Shown piece by piece: positions 48,789 to 59,024 of a DNA stretch of 64,000 bases; positions within the stretch are counted from its first letter, which is position 1, and every line of letters begins with the position of its first letter. The DNA lies in the NCBI GenBank assembly GCA_963798485.1, contig CAWCTR010000014.1:160001-224000 (forward strand). The letters run 5' to 3'. This DNA is from an uncultured delta proteobacterium (lineage in GTDB: Bacteria > Desulfobacterota > Desulfomonilia > UBA1062). A program made the translations under genes and the position numbers. A model generated the notes under the pieces. That model did not search any database. It had not been told where the DNA came from and was given only the letters and a program-made list of their open reading frames with translations.

Positions 48789-51460
48789 TTCTTTTTTTTC
48801 TCGTCTGCAAGCGCTGCATGGGCAGCTGCGAGCCGCGCAATGGGAACTCGGTAGGGCGAGCAGCTCACATAGTTCATGCCGACCTTGTGGCAGAATTCGA
48901 TGGATGAAGGTTCTCCACCATGTTCGCCGCAGATACCCACCTTAAGCTTTTTGCGAATCTTTCTGCCCTTTTCGATACCGATGCGAACCAGCTCGCCCAC
49001 ACCTTCCTGGTCAAGGGCCTGGAACGGATCATTCGGCAGGATCTTTTTCTCAACGTAATCAGGCAAGAACTTCCCTGCATCATCACGGGAAAGGCCAAAG
49101 GTGGTCTGGGTGAGATCGTTTGTGCCGAATGAGAAGAACTCGGCATGCTCGGCGATCTTGTCGGCAGTGATAGCAGCCCTGGGGAGTTCGATCATGGTGC
49201 CTACCATATAGCTGAGTTTAACATTATACGATTTGATTATCTCGTCCGCCACCTGGATGGTCATATTCTTCAGTATCTCCAGTTCCTTGACGTGGCCCAC
49301 AAGCGGGATCATGATCTCGGGCTCTACGTCGATCTTTTCCTTTTTCACCTCACAGGCAGCCTCAACAATGGCCCTTACCTGCATCTCGTAGATCTCTGGG
49401 AAGGTTATACCGAGCCTGCAGCCCCTGTGCCCCAACATTGGATTGGCCTCATGGAGTGCCTCCCTCTTTGTCCTCACCTCTGCCACTGGTGTCTTGAGGG
49501 CCTTGGCAACCTCTGCTATCTCTGCTTCGGTATTGGGCAGGAATTCGTGCAGGGGGGGGTCCAGCAGCCTGATGGTTACCGGCAGGCCGTCCATAACCCG
49601 GAAGATCTCTTTGAAATCACCCTTCTGCATGGGTTTGATCTTATCAAGTGCCTTCCTTCTGCCCTTCACGTCGTTGGCAAGGATCATCTCGCGAACAGCA
49701 AGGATCCTGTCCGCCTCGAAAAACATATGCTCTGTGCGGCACAGACCTATGCCCTCGGCGCCGAATTCTCTGGCCACCTTGGCGTCTTTGGGCGTGTCTG
49801 CATTGGTGCGGACCCCGAGTTTGCGGTATTCATCAGCCCACTTCATCAGTGTCCCGAAGGCTCCCGAGAGCGAAGGCGGGGTTGTCTTGCATTCACCCAA
49901 AATGACCTCTCCCTTAGTCCCATCCAAAGATATGAAATCACCTTTCTTGACGGTTTGTCCGCCTAAGGTGAACTTCTGCTTGGCATAGTCCACAACCAGG
50001 TCCTGGACCCCGGACACACAGCATTTGCCCATACCGCGGGCAACGACTGCAGCATGTGAGGTCATACCTCCCCGTGCCGTGAGGATGCCCTGGGCCACAT
50101 TCATGCCGTGGATGTCTTCGGGGGAGGTCTCGACGCGAACCAGGATCACCTTCTTTCCCTTCTTCACCTCCACCTCGGCATCTTCAGCTGAGAAGACTAC
50201 ACTTCCTACGGCTGCGCCGGGTGAAGCAGGCAGGCCCTTGCCCATGATTTTCTTCTTGGCCTTGGGGTCGATCTGCGGGTGCAGAAGCTGGTCGATCTGC
50301 TCAGGGGTTACCCGCTGATGAACAGCCTCCTTTTTTGTAATGAGGCCCTCATTCACCATATCCACAGCAATCTGTACGGCAGCAGCAGCAGTACGTTTGC
50401 CGGTCCTGGTCTGGAGCATCCAGAGGTTACCCTCCTGGACCGTGAACTCAATGTCCTGCATGTCGCGATAATGTTTTTCCAGATTCTCATAGATATCCAC
50501 GAGCTGATGGTACTGCTCTGACAGGGCCTCTTCCATAGACACGTCTGACTTGCTTCTCTTGCCCTTCACATTGATGGGTTGCGGTGTCCGGATACCCGCC
50601 ACCACGTCCTCGCCCTGGGCGTTCTTCAGGTACTCTCCATAGAAGACATGTTCTCCGGTGGCAGGGTCGCGGGTGAATGCCACTCCTGTCGCAGAACCTT
50701 CTCCCATATTGCCGAAGACCATGGCCTGGCAGTTCACGGCAGTGCCCCATTCATCAGGGATATTGTTAAGCTTCCGGTACGTGATGGCACGCGGTGTGTT
50801 CCATGATTTGAACACGGCTTCAATACCGCCCCAGATCTGTTCCATGGGGTCTGACGGAAGGTCCATGCCGGTGAGCTTTTTAACCTTTTCTTTCATCGTT
50901 TCAACAAGTTTCTTCAGATCCTTGGCATCGAGATCCGTGTCGAGCCTTACCCCCTTTTTCTTTTTCATCTTTTCAAGTTCTTCTTCCAGCTCGTCTGAAT
51001 CGGCACCCATGACCACGTCCGAATACATCTGGATAAAGCGCCGGTAGCAATCCCATGCGAAACGTTCGTTGCCGCTCATCTTGATAAGGCCATGCACGGT
51101 TTCATCGTTGATGCCGAGGTTCAGCACCGTATCCATCATACCCGGCATGGATGCCCTGGCCCCTGAGCGAACAGAAAACAGAAGCGGGGCCTCTGTATCG
51201 CCAAAACCGAGTCCCATTGCCCTCTCAACCTTTTTAATAGCTTCTTTTACCTGCGTCTTTAAGTCTTTCGGAAGCCCATGCGTTTCATAATACACGGTGC
51301 ACATGTCGGTTGAGATGGTGAATCCCGGCGGAACCGGTATTCCAAGATTGGTCATTTCAGCAAGATTGGCCCCTTTTCCTCCAAGGACGGCCTTCATGTC
51401 AGCATTGCCCTCAGCCTTGGTTCCCCTGCCTCCAAAGAGATAAACATACTTTTTTGCCAT
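48785..51460 (-). CDS. ppdK: pyruvate phosphate dikinase
   Basis: GGKGANL, SVRSGA..SMPGMMDT, GGMTSHAAVVARG, GICGEHGG. Confidence 0.98.
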   Translation of the reverse strand: MAKKYVYLFGGRGTKAEGNADMKAVLGGKGANLAEMTNLGIPVPPGFTISTDMCTVYYETHGLPKDLKTQVKEAIKKVERAMGLGFGDTEAPLLFSVRSGARASMPGMMDTVLNLGINDETVHGLIKMSGNERFAWDCYRRFIQMYSDVVMGADSDELEEELEKMKKKKGVRLDTDLDAKDLKKLVETMKEKVKKLTGMDLPSDPMEQIWGGIEAVFKSWNTPRAITYRKLNNIPDEWGTAVNCQAMVFGNMGEGSATGVAFTRDPATGEHVFYGEYLKNAQGEDVVAGIRTPQPINVKGKRSKSDVSMEEALSEQYHQLVDIYENLEKHYRDMQDIEFTVQEGNLWMLQTRTGKRTAAAAVQIAVDMVNEGLITKKEAVHQRVTPEQIDQLLHPQIDPKAKKKIMGKGLPASPGAAVGSVVFSAEDAEVEVKKGKKVILVRVETSPEDIHGMNVAQGILTARGGMTSHAAVVARGMGKCCVSGVQDLVVDYAKQKFTLGGQTVKKGDFISLDGTKGEVILGECKTTPPSLSGAFGTLMKWADEYRKLGVRTNADTPKDAKVAREFGAEGIGLCRTEHMFFEADRILAVREMILANDVKGRRKALDKIKPMQKGDFKEIFRVMDGLPVTIRLLDPPLHEFLPNTEAEIAEVAKALKTPVAEVRTKREALHEANPMLGHRGCRLGITFPEIYEMQVRAIVEAACEVKKEKIDVEPEIMIPLVGHVKELEILKNMTIQVADEIIKSYNVKLSYMVGTMIELPRAAITADKIAEHAEFFSFGTNDLTQTTFGLSRDDAGKFLPDYVEKKILPNDPFQALDQEGVGELVRIGIEKGRKIRKKLKVGICGEHGGEPSSIEFCHKVGMNYVSCSPYRVPIARLAAAHAALADEKKKK

Positions 51461-51670
51461 GAGAAGTCTCCCTTTTTATCAGATACTGATACTCGGTTGA
51501 AGCGTGCAAACAATAATATAAATGAAGAGTTCTGTTCAAGATAAAAATGGTGTTCACAGGCTTCTTTGGAAGAACGTAATTGTCAGATCTTATGTTGACT
51601 TTGGTGCTACTTCTGTATGATCAAATCTTGACTATTACAACTTAAGCGCTCAATTGCCTTATTGCGTTCT

Positions 51671-53140
51671 TCAAAACATCATTACGTGATATGCCCATGG
51701 CTCTAAGTCCACGTACAGGCCGATTTCAGCCATCTCATTACCGTGGCGCTCATAGACCTCATTCTTCATGATATCGGTCATCTTCACCATCATCCCGGCA
51801 AGATTTACACCGGTCAGGTGTACCCGTGCCTGGGAGCGCGTGTCTGAAAGGTTCACCACAGTCAGGCAGATCTCTTGACCCTTTTGCCAGCACCATGCCG
51901 CCATATTCATCCAACTCATATTTTCAGGCCACCCTGAAAGACTGCAGAGCCTCCACCTGCCCTCTCGAATTGTTTGTATGTTCATGACCTCCATCAGCCT
52001 GCCATAAAAGGCCTTCAGATCATAATCAACGTTCTCTCTGGGCCTGCGTTTCAGAAAAACCGGCAGTTTGACCCTCCTTCCCTCGAACTGACCATCATGA
52101 AAGAGCTTTGCCCCGGGCAGCGTTGCCAAGACCACGGCTGCCGCCCGTGCCTTGTCTTGCGAGAAAACCGAGGCCGCCCGTGGCTCGTCGTGGTTCTCGA
52201 TGAAGCGGATCAACCTTTCCTGATAAGGGGGCTCTGCCAGCAGGTGAAGCCGCACGCCCTCTGCGGTATCAGAAACAAGCCGATCATAGAGGCGCTTGTC
52301 ATAACAGTAGTCAAAACCTTGCTGCAGCAGTTCCCATTCCAGATCCCAGTAAGCCTCTGCTATAAACAGGGTGTCCGGGTGCACCTTTTTGACAGCAGGG
52401 ATCACCTCAGACCAGTATTCGGCAACCGGTCTCGCTCCTGCCTTTATAGGCCATGTCCTTGCAAACACATCGCACAAAAGGAGCATGGCCATGTCGCACC
52501 GCATACCATCACACTGCCCTGCAATGGATGATACCGTCTTGATGACCGCCTTCCGCAAGCCCGTAGAGAATGCATTAAGCTGGAGCACATCCTGCCATGC
52601 CGGGAAGTACGGGTCCCTTCCGCAGGCAAAGACCTTTCCATCAACATCCATGAATGATACCGGGTCATTTTCAAGGTCTTCAAAATCGCCCTGGATGAAA
52701 TACTCCGGGTATTCACTGACCCATGGGTGATCCGGGGCCACGTGGTTGGGCACATAATCAAGGATGAGGCTTAAGCCCCGTTTTGCAAGCTCTTTCCGCG
52801 CAATTGCAAGCCCGCCTTCCCCACCCAGATGTTCATCCACTTCATACCGGCGGATACAATAAGCAGAGCCGATCATATCCGCGGGTGTATAATCCGGCAA
52901 TACCTGCTGAAATTCGTCTTTGAGAACCGCGTTTTTCAAGGCTATATCAACACCAACCGGGCTCCGCTCCCAGACCCCCATGAACCAGACGGCATCCATG
53001 GAAAGCTCTGAGATGACATTCCAGGCTTCCTTCGGAACGGTAGCAAGTGTCACCTCAAATCCGGCTGCCTTGCTGAGTTCCTCAAGCCAAACCCATGTAT
53101 TGATCTCATAGATCCTGGGATGGTTCGACCTGTTTTTCAT
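51671..53140 (-). CDS. GH13 alpha-amylase-family protein
   Basis: DYVPNH, DG.RCDMA, AEAYW, ENHDE. Confidence 0.9.
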   Translation of the reverse strand: MKNRSNHPRIYEINTWVWLEELSKAAGFEVTLATVPKEAWNVISELSMDAVWFMGVWERSPVGVDIALKNAVLKDEFQQVLPDYTPADMIGSAYCIRRYEVDEHLGGEGGLAIARKELAKRGLSLILDYVPNHVAPDHPWVSEYPEYFIQGDFEDLENDPVSFMDVDGKVFACGRDPYFPAWQDVLQLNAFSTGLRKAVIKTVSSIAGQCDGMRCDMAMLLLCDVFARTWPIKAGARPVAEYWSEVIPAVKKVHPDTLFIAEAYWDLEWELLQQGFDYCYDKRLYDRLVSDTAEGVRLHLLAEPPYQERLIRFIENHDEPRAASVFSQDKARAAAVVLATLPGAKLFHDGQFEGRRVKLPVFLKRRPRENVDYDLKAFYGRLMEVMNIQTIREGRWRLCSLSGWPENMSWMNMAAWCWQKGQEICLTVVNLSDTRSQARVHLTGVNLAGMMVKMTDIMKNEVYERHGNEMAEIGLYVDLEPWAYHVMMF

Positions 53141-53195
53141 TTTTTATCCTCCGTGGTTGAGAAGCCCATGGATCATGAATTAATTGCTGCATTAC

Positions 53196-55562
53196 TCAGT
53201 GCAGAGAATTGAGCCTTCTCGCAATCTGATTGCGGTCTTTCTCTAAGAGACCTTCTACTGCAAGCCCCTGCTGATATATAGCCTTGGCCTCCCTTTTCTT
53301 TCCGCGATTTTCATAGATCTCACCCATAAGCAGGTATGCATCAACAAACGCCCGGTCTGAATTGATCACCTGTCTAAGCACCTCTATGGCCCCGTCCCCA
53401 TTGCCGTCTTTCCTCATGAGCGAGGCCAGCGAGTAGCCGTATTCTGTCTCAGGCTGCATCAGGTAGGCCTTCTGACCCCAGGCAATAGCCTCGTTGAGTC
53501 TTTCTTTTGCCAGTAAGATGCTCATGCTATAGGCTGCAGAGGCCATAGAAGGATCGTCATTCAGGGCAGCCCTGAAACTCTCTTCAGCCATCTTTGCATC
53601 GCCCTGGTCTATCTTGAGAAGACCCTTATGATAATTGGCCACTGCGTTATTCGGGTCAATTTGGAGGGCCTTATTCAGCAACACTTCGGCCCTGGCCATT
53701 TTCTTGAGCCTTGAATAAGCCAGTGATGAATTGACGTATGGTGGCACAGCGTTGGGCTCTATCTTTATGGCCTTCTCATATGCAAGAAGGGCGTCATTGT
53801 TCTCACCCCGGTCAAGAAAGTAATTACCCATGTTGTAGTGGGACATCCACTGGTCCGGCCGAACCAACAAGGATGCAAGATATTCGCCTGTTGCCCCGGC
53901 AAGGTTTGTGGCGCCGGTTTCAGCAAGATCCTGTGCAGGATACCGCGCCAATACGGAGGCAGCCTTAATGCGTACAAGCCTGACAGGGTCGGCTGTTGCT
54001 GCAAGCAGGGCCTGAATTACCTTGGGTGTTTTCACCCCCGAGAGGGCCTCTGCAGCTGTTGAACGCACCAATGGTGATGGGTCGCCTAATGCCTGGATGA
54101 ATACATGGATCTTATTTGAGTCAGGGCATTTGCTGAGCATGCGGATAAGGGAGGCGGCAAAAACCTCATCGCGGTCTTTGCCCTTGATATAGGAAAGCAT
54201 ATCGTTCAGCTTGCTCCAGTCACGGCTACGAGCAGCATCAATGAGGGCTGAGCGTTTAAGGAATGGTGCCTGATAGTCATCTTTGTACCATTGTCTCACA
54301 TATTTATCTGCCCAGGATGCTTCCTTGTTCGTATGACAAACGGTGCAGGCGTTTGGCGATTTGAAGGCGATTGTGGCAGCCGGTGTTGGTGGGAGCATGG
54401 AGTGGTCGCTACGCTGCATGCGATCAATGCCTGTCTTTGGCATATGGCAGGAGATACACATACTGCCGGGACTACCGGCTTTGTGATGAGAATGTCCGCT
54501 TGTGTTTTGAACCTGTTCGGCGTGGCAGGGCAAACATGCATCATTGACCTTTGCCTTGCCTGTGAATCGGAAGCCCCCACTGCCGGTATGGCACTTGAGA
54601 CAATGAAGCCGGCCGGACTTTACACATGGGCTCATGATCCAACGGGTATAGGTGTAGTTTTCACCCAGATCTTTGCCATCCGGAAAATAATCCGGGTCTT
54701 CCAGTGTCGTAAGGTCATAGTGGTCAAAGAAGCTTTCACCCGGGGTGTAGGAAGTAGTAATGGGCGCCATCTTGGCATGGCATGGCGCGCATGCCGAGTT
54801 GATCCGCTCTGAGGTTAATTCCTTGAAGCTGAGAACTTTTAGTGCCTTGGGTCTCATCCCCTTCCTGGCAGCCTCCTGGAATATTCCTGAATGGTCGGAG
54901 GAAGGGCCGTGGCATGTCTCGCAGTTGATGCCCGGTGAACTCAAAACACTCGTGTACATATCGGCCTTCATATCATAGTTCGAAGAAAGCTGGCTCACAT
55001 GACAGCTATAGCATGCAGTGCTGAAGGTATAGTTAGATTCCTTCCAATTAGGTTGTTTGTCTTTGGCATGGATGACCCCATTTGCCGTTATATCGAACCA
55101 CTCCTTTGTCCGGACATCGTAAGCCAGGGGCAGGATCTGCAACCGCCCTCTTTCAATGGGGGTAAGAAAGTAAAATACATTCTTCCCACCCAGGATGTTC
55201 ACAATTCGATATTTTGTGGTGTCCCATAGCCAGTTGCCTTTTTCGACTACATAACCTTCGCTTCCCCTTAGATCGGTAGTGTATCGGTTGTTGCCAATCC
55301 TGATCTCCTTTATAAGCGGTGTAAGCTTATTTATGGCAAGATCATGGGTATATGGTTGTATGGCAAGCCCGTGAAAGGATTTCGACCAGGATGTGTAGAA
55401 CTTGGCATGACACCCCTGGCAGTTTATCGGATCCGAATAACCTAAAGCCTTTACTGATGTCTTTTCTGCATGCACAACCTCGCGGGTATCCAGGCTCGTA
55501 CATATCAGCATACCGGTCAGTACTATCAGGGTAATAGTAAACATGAACAGCATCCTATTCAT
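53196..55562 (-). CDS. multiheme (8 CxxCH) cytochrome c with HEAT and TPR repeats
   Basis: CQGCH, CYSCH, CETCH, CAPCH, CLKCH, CLPCH, CISCH, CTVCH; C-terminal HEAT/TPR. Confidence 0.9.
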   Translation of the reverse strand: MNRMLFMFTITLIVLTGMLICTSLDTREVVHAEKTSVKALGYSDPINCQGCHAKFYTSWSKSFHGLAIQPYTHDLAINKLTPLIKEIRIGNNRYTTDLRGSEGYVVEKGNWLWDTTKYRIVNILGGKNVFYFLTPIERGRLQILPLAYDVRTKEWFDITANGVIHAKDKQPNWKESNYTFSTACYSCHVSQLSSNYDMKADMYTSVLSSPGINCETCHGPSSDHSGIFQEAARKGMRPKALKVLSFKELTSERINSACAPCHAKMAPITTSYTPGESFFDHYDLTTLEDPDYFPDGKDLGENYTYTRWIMSPCVKSGRLHCLKCHTGSGGFRFTGKAKVNDACLPCHAEQVQNTSGHSHHKAGSPGSMCISCHMPKTGIDRMQRSDHSMLPPTPAATIAFKSPNACTVCHTNKEASWADKYVRQWYKDDYQAPFLKRSALIDAARSRDWSKLNDMLSYIKGKDRDEVFAASLIRMLSKCPDSNKIHVFIQALGDPSPLVRSTAAEALSGVKTPKVIQALLAATADPVRLVRIKAASVLARYPAQDLAETGATNLAGATGEYLASLLVRPDQWMSHYNMGNYFLDRGENNDALLAYEKAIKIEPNAVPPYVNSSLAYSRLKKMARAEVLLNKALQIDPNNAVANYHKGLLKIDQGDAKMAEESFRAALNDDPSMASAAYSMSILLAKERLNEAIAWGQKAYLMQPETEYGYSLASLMRKDGNGDGAIEVLRQVINSDRAFVDAYLLMGEIYENRGKKREAKAIYQQGLAVEGLLEKDRNQIARRLNSLH

Positions 55563-55942
55563 GCCATAATTCTCCTCATAACTATCATTTCAATAGACCT
55601 TGAGTATATCAGAATGAACATATACTTTTATATAAGATACTTTCTGTAGAACGGCCCCTGGTGTGGCATAAATGTAAAATCGAGCGGATTTGGTCTGCTA
55701 TCTTTGATGTCGGGCTATTATTTTCTGATCTGCATCCTTTTTCTTGGATATGCATCCAAATATTAAGAAGTAAGATTTAACCTCCTCTTAAGGATGGCGC
55801 GTCCTATGCCCTAACCGCCATCCTATTTTTTAACAAAAAGAACTAGTACCTCGTTACATTCAGGATCGACAAGGTGCTTCCACTGATAGGATCGGGGGAA
55901 TGAACATAATGACCAGTGATTAGCCGTTAGTCATATTTCTGA

Positions 55943-56863
55943 TCACTGGTTATTGATCACTTTTAACTGATTTCCCCTCCTACCCGTAGTGAGCGCACTC
56001 AGCACTCCCCCGAAACCCAGGAATATTGCGATACCCTTGATGAACCACCCTGCAACGGGCATAAGGCCGATGGCATAAAGGGCGGCAAAGCCGATAATTG
56101 TCTCAACAAGAATATGCCTACCCGGCTTATTTAATATAATAGTAATTCTTTTTCCTATGAGTTGGGCCACAGCAATGTAGCCTAATATCAAGGCGCAGCC
56201 GAAGAGTATAAGCAAGACAGGGATTACGACGATTCCTGCGATGGATATGAAAAGAAAGAACCCAATGGGGAAGAAAAGGGCTGAGCCGAATATGCCCCAA
56301 AGGATTGCACGGGCAGTGTTATTCTCGATCTGGAAGGATATGAATCCTATACCTGCCGGCATTGCTGCCACAATAATGAGCGCAGCCAAGAAGAACCCCA
56401 GAGATGAAGGCCATCCAATCCCTTCCCACCGTTCTTTAATGCCGGCTATTCCCAACTTCGGCATCCTGGATAACCATGATTTCAAACCTGTAGCATCAAC
56501 AATAGTAACTTCACCACCTACACGAGAACCCGGTTCTCTCTCTACAGTGCCGCCGATGGATACCACATTTCCTTCAACATCCGCGTCCTGGCCGAGAAAG
56601 ACTGACCCGCCTACGGACACCGCATCTTTCCTGACATGGCCGTAGACCTTGACATTGCCCCCTATTGATACTGCCTTATTTACCTCAACACCCTCTTTGA
56701 CCACGACATCACTACCGATGGTTATCATGGAGCTACCCTCTGATACCGACCTGCTGTTCTGTGGCACAAAGGCAGCAAGGCAAGACCAAACCAAGGTGTA
56801 TAAAGTCACCTGAATTACTGTCATGATAGCAGTTTTATTCTTCATTTTCGTTTTATCCCTCAA
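55943..56863 (-). CDS. membrane protein with bactofilin-like beta-helical domain
   Basis: V.IGG.V...G repeats then TM helices; start uncertain. Confidence 0.75.
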   Translation of the reverse strand: MRDKTKMKNKTAIMTVIQVTLYTLVWSCLAAFVPQNSRSVSEGSSMITIGSDVVVKEGVEVNKAVSIGGNVKVYGHVRKDAVSVGGSVFLGQDADVEGNVVSIGGTVEREPGSRVGGEVTIVDATGLKSWLSRMPKLGIAGIKERWEGIGWPSSLGFFLAALIIVAAMPAGIGFISFQIENNTARAILWGIFGSALFFPIGFFLFISIAGIVVIPVLLILFGCALILGYIAVAQLIGKRITIILNKPGRHILVETIIGFAALYAIGLMPVAGWFIKGIAIFLGFGGVLSALTTGRRGNQLKVINNQ

Positions 56864-56910
56864 AGATAGCCTTCTATGCTATTTCAACACGGATAATCCA
56901 TACAACGAAC

Positions 56911-57723
56911 CTACACCTTCATGGCCTTTCTGTACAATAAGGCCATTACAAAAAATGCCGCATTAATCAAAACAATCGTTGCACCTGCAGGAATATCCAA
57001 AAAGAAAGAGAGTGTTATCCCACACAAGACTGAAAGAAAAGCATCCATCATAGAGATCAGCATTGCAGCCTTGAACCCTCTGGCGAGCTGCAAGGCGGTA
57101 ACTGCCGGCAGGATGAGCAAAGCGGAAACCAGCATGATACCGACTACCTTGATTGCCAGTACGACCGTTATGGCGGTAAGAAAGGTCAATACCAGATTAA
57201 TGCGATCGGTTTTTACCCCGGTGAGCTTGGCAAATTCTTCATCAAAGGTGACTGAAAGCAGATCGTTGTAAAGCAATAAAATTATCAGCAGCACGAGGAT
57301 AGAGAGTCCCAGCGATAAATAAACCTCCTGGGTGCTTATTGCCAATATATCGCCGAACAAGTAGCTGAACAGATCAACATTAAACCCTTTTGACATGCTC
57401 GCCAGGATAACGCCGCTTGTAATTCCCACGGATGAGACAATTCCTATGGCGGCATCGCCATAGATCTTTGCCCGCTCGGTCAGCCGCAGGATGAAATAGG
57501 AACCGGCAACGACCACCGGGATCGCAACATAGAAAGGGTAAAAACCGAAAAAGAGCCCGAGTGCAATGGCCCCGAAACTGACATGGGCAAGGCCGTCACC
57601 GATTAATGATAATTTCCTTAACACCAGAAAAAGGCCAAGCATGGCGCAGAGCACAGCAATAAAAGTTCCGGCACAATATGCCTTCTGGATGAATGCGTAG
57701 CTGAGAAAATGAAGGAGTGTCAT
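56911..57723 (-). CDS. znuB: Zn/Mn ABC transporter permease
   Basis: GDGLAH, D.FSYLFGDIL, FDEEFA, VG..LVSALL..PA. Confidence 0.9.
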   Translation of the reverse strand: MTLLHFLSYAFIQKAYCAGTFIAVLCAMLGLFLVLRKLSLIGDGLAHVSFGAIALGLFFGFYPFYVAIPVVVAGSYFILRLTERAKIYGDAAIGIVSSVGITSGVILASMSKGFNVDLFSYLFGDILAISTQEVYLSLGLSILVLLIILLLYNDLLSVTFDEEFAKLTGVKTDRINLVLTFLTAITVVLAIKVVGIMLVSALLILPAVTALQLARGFKAAMLISMMDAFLSVLCGITLSFFLDIPAGATIVLINAAFFVMALLYRKAMKV

Positions 57724-57724
57724 A

Positions 57725-58477
57725 TCAGTTATGCTGATGGCAGATCAGGTGTTGAGAAAACCGCCCGAAGTAATGGCTCATTTCCTCTGAATGGCAGAAG
57801 TCGGCGAAGCTCCCATAAAACACAATCTTCTTGTCCAGGTATAACAGTTTATTTGCATATTCTCCAATCTGGGAAACGTCATGCGTGATGAGGATGATTG
57901 TAATCCTCTTGCTCTTGTTTAGTTTTTTCAACAGCTCGAAGAAACTCTCGCGCGATGGGGGGTCCAAGGCAGTGCCGGGTTCGTCCAAAATGAGGAGCTC
58001 CGGGTTGGACACCAGGGACCGGGCCAGGAATATCCTCTGTTGCTGTCCGCCGGAGAGCTCGCCTATGAGCTTGTCTTTAAGATCGGCCAAGTCCATTAGA
58101 TCGAGCGTCTGTCTGATTTTTGTCACATCATCCCTGGTAAATCTTTTCGGGAAGCGCTTCTGTGATAATAATCCCAACCCGACCACCTCTTTTACCGTGG
58201 CGGGAAAAAGCGGGTTAAAGGCATTCACTCTCTGGGGCAGGTAGCCGATACGGTCCCACCGTTCGTATCTTCTGATATCCTGGCCGAATATCTCTGCTAT
58301 TCCCGTATATCTATCCATGAGGCCAAGGAGTGTTTTTACAAGGGTGGTTTTACCGGCCCCGTTTGGTCCTGCCAGGGCGATATAGTCATCCTTCTCCACA
58401 ACAAAAGAAATATTGTGAAGTACTTCACCCTGCCCGTAGCCGGCACATAAATTATCTACTGATAAAATGGGGTTCAT
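57725..58477 (-). CDS. znuC: Zn/Mn ABC transporter ATPase
   Basis: GPNGAGKT, IGYLPQ, LSGGQ, LDEP, His-rich tail. Confidence 0.9.
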   Translation of the reverse strand: MNPILSVDNLCAGYGQGEVLHNISFVVEKDDYIALAGPNGAGKTTLVKTLLGLMDRYTGIAEIFGQDIRRYERWDRIGYLPQRVNAFNPLFPATVKEVVGLGLLSQKRFPKRFTRDDVTKIRQTLDLMDLADLKDKLIGELSGGQQQRIFLARSLVSNPELLILDEPGTALDPPSRESFFELLKKLNKSKRITIILITHDVSQIGEYANKLLYLDKKIVFYGSFADFCHSEEMSHYFGRFSQHLICHQHN

Positions 58478-58478
58478 A

Positions 58479-58541
58479 TTATGGGCATCCTAGTCCGACC
58501 TTCAGATTATCAAGATTGAGGGATATTAATTTTTTGCCCAT
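58479..58541 (-). pseudogene. probable internally deleted substrate-binding protein (znuA) remnant, MGKKLISLNLDNLKVGLGCP
   Basis: Sits in the znuA slot; signal-peptide-like start fused to an NL.NL..GL.C ending reminiscent of ZnuA C-termini. Confidence 0.5.
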
Positions 58542-58613
58542 TCTTATCTCACATAGTCAAATTGTGCTGTTTCATCTTCGATTGCCATGTATAGAAGTTT
58601 ATTCACATGCCCT

Positions 58614-58868
58614 CTACCGGCCGCACCCGCATACCAGGTAGCTTTCCTGGCAATCATTGCAGGTCTGGACCCTATGGTTTGTTGCAAATTCATCCCAGTG
58701 CTGTTTCTGCTTTGCCGAAAGGATTCCCGTACCATTGCAGAGCGGGCAGATATTCCCGAGTGCGGACAGTACTGCATTCCTTATGAATTCCGATCTATTG
58801 GGCATGTTTTTGATGACCTCATAGAATCCCTCATCCACCTTAAAGGTGATGATCCCGGGTTTTTTCAT
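58614..58868 (-). CDS. CopG/RHH regulator with Cys-rich metal-binding tail
   Basis: IITFKVD..NRSEFIR.A RHH; CPLC, H, CNDC, CGC; GGAGG RBS. Confidence 0.82.
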   Translation of the reverse strand: MKKPGIITFKVDEGFYEVIKNMPNRSEFIRNAVLSALGNICPLCNGTGILSAKQKQHWDEFATNHRVQTCNDCQESYLVCGCGR

Positions 58869-58896
58869 AGATGAGAACCTCCTGTACCACACAATG

Positions 58897-58934
58897 GTAT
58901 TACCATGTAATACTTCCCAGCAGGCTCCTGTCAA
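58897..58934 (-). promoter_or_regulatory. promoter with palindromic operator GTATTAC-N3-GTAATAC
   Basis: TTGACA at 58934-58929; perfect 7-bp IR at 58897-58913 covering the -10 position. Confidence 0.65.
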
Positions 58935-59024
58935 GACCTCACAGAAAATATTTTTTAAGCTATACGATGAACCATCTTCAAGAAAACATTATTATGTGTG
59001 AACTAAGTCGGGTATAAACAACAT

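Noticed and set aside
48874-51290. Many long antisense ORFs over ppdK, the IS21s and other genes
   Set aside because: Shadow frames of well-supported genes, expected from codon bias
55790-55830. Hairpin AGGATGGCG..CGCCATCCT as a fluoride-type riboswitch
   Set aside because: Lacks the full consensus and a suitable downstream gene; more simply a terminator-like stem
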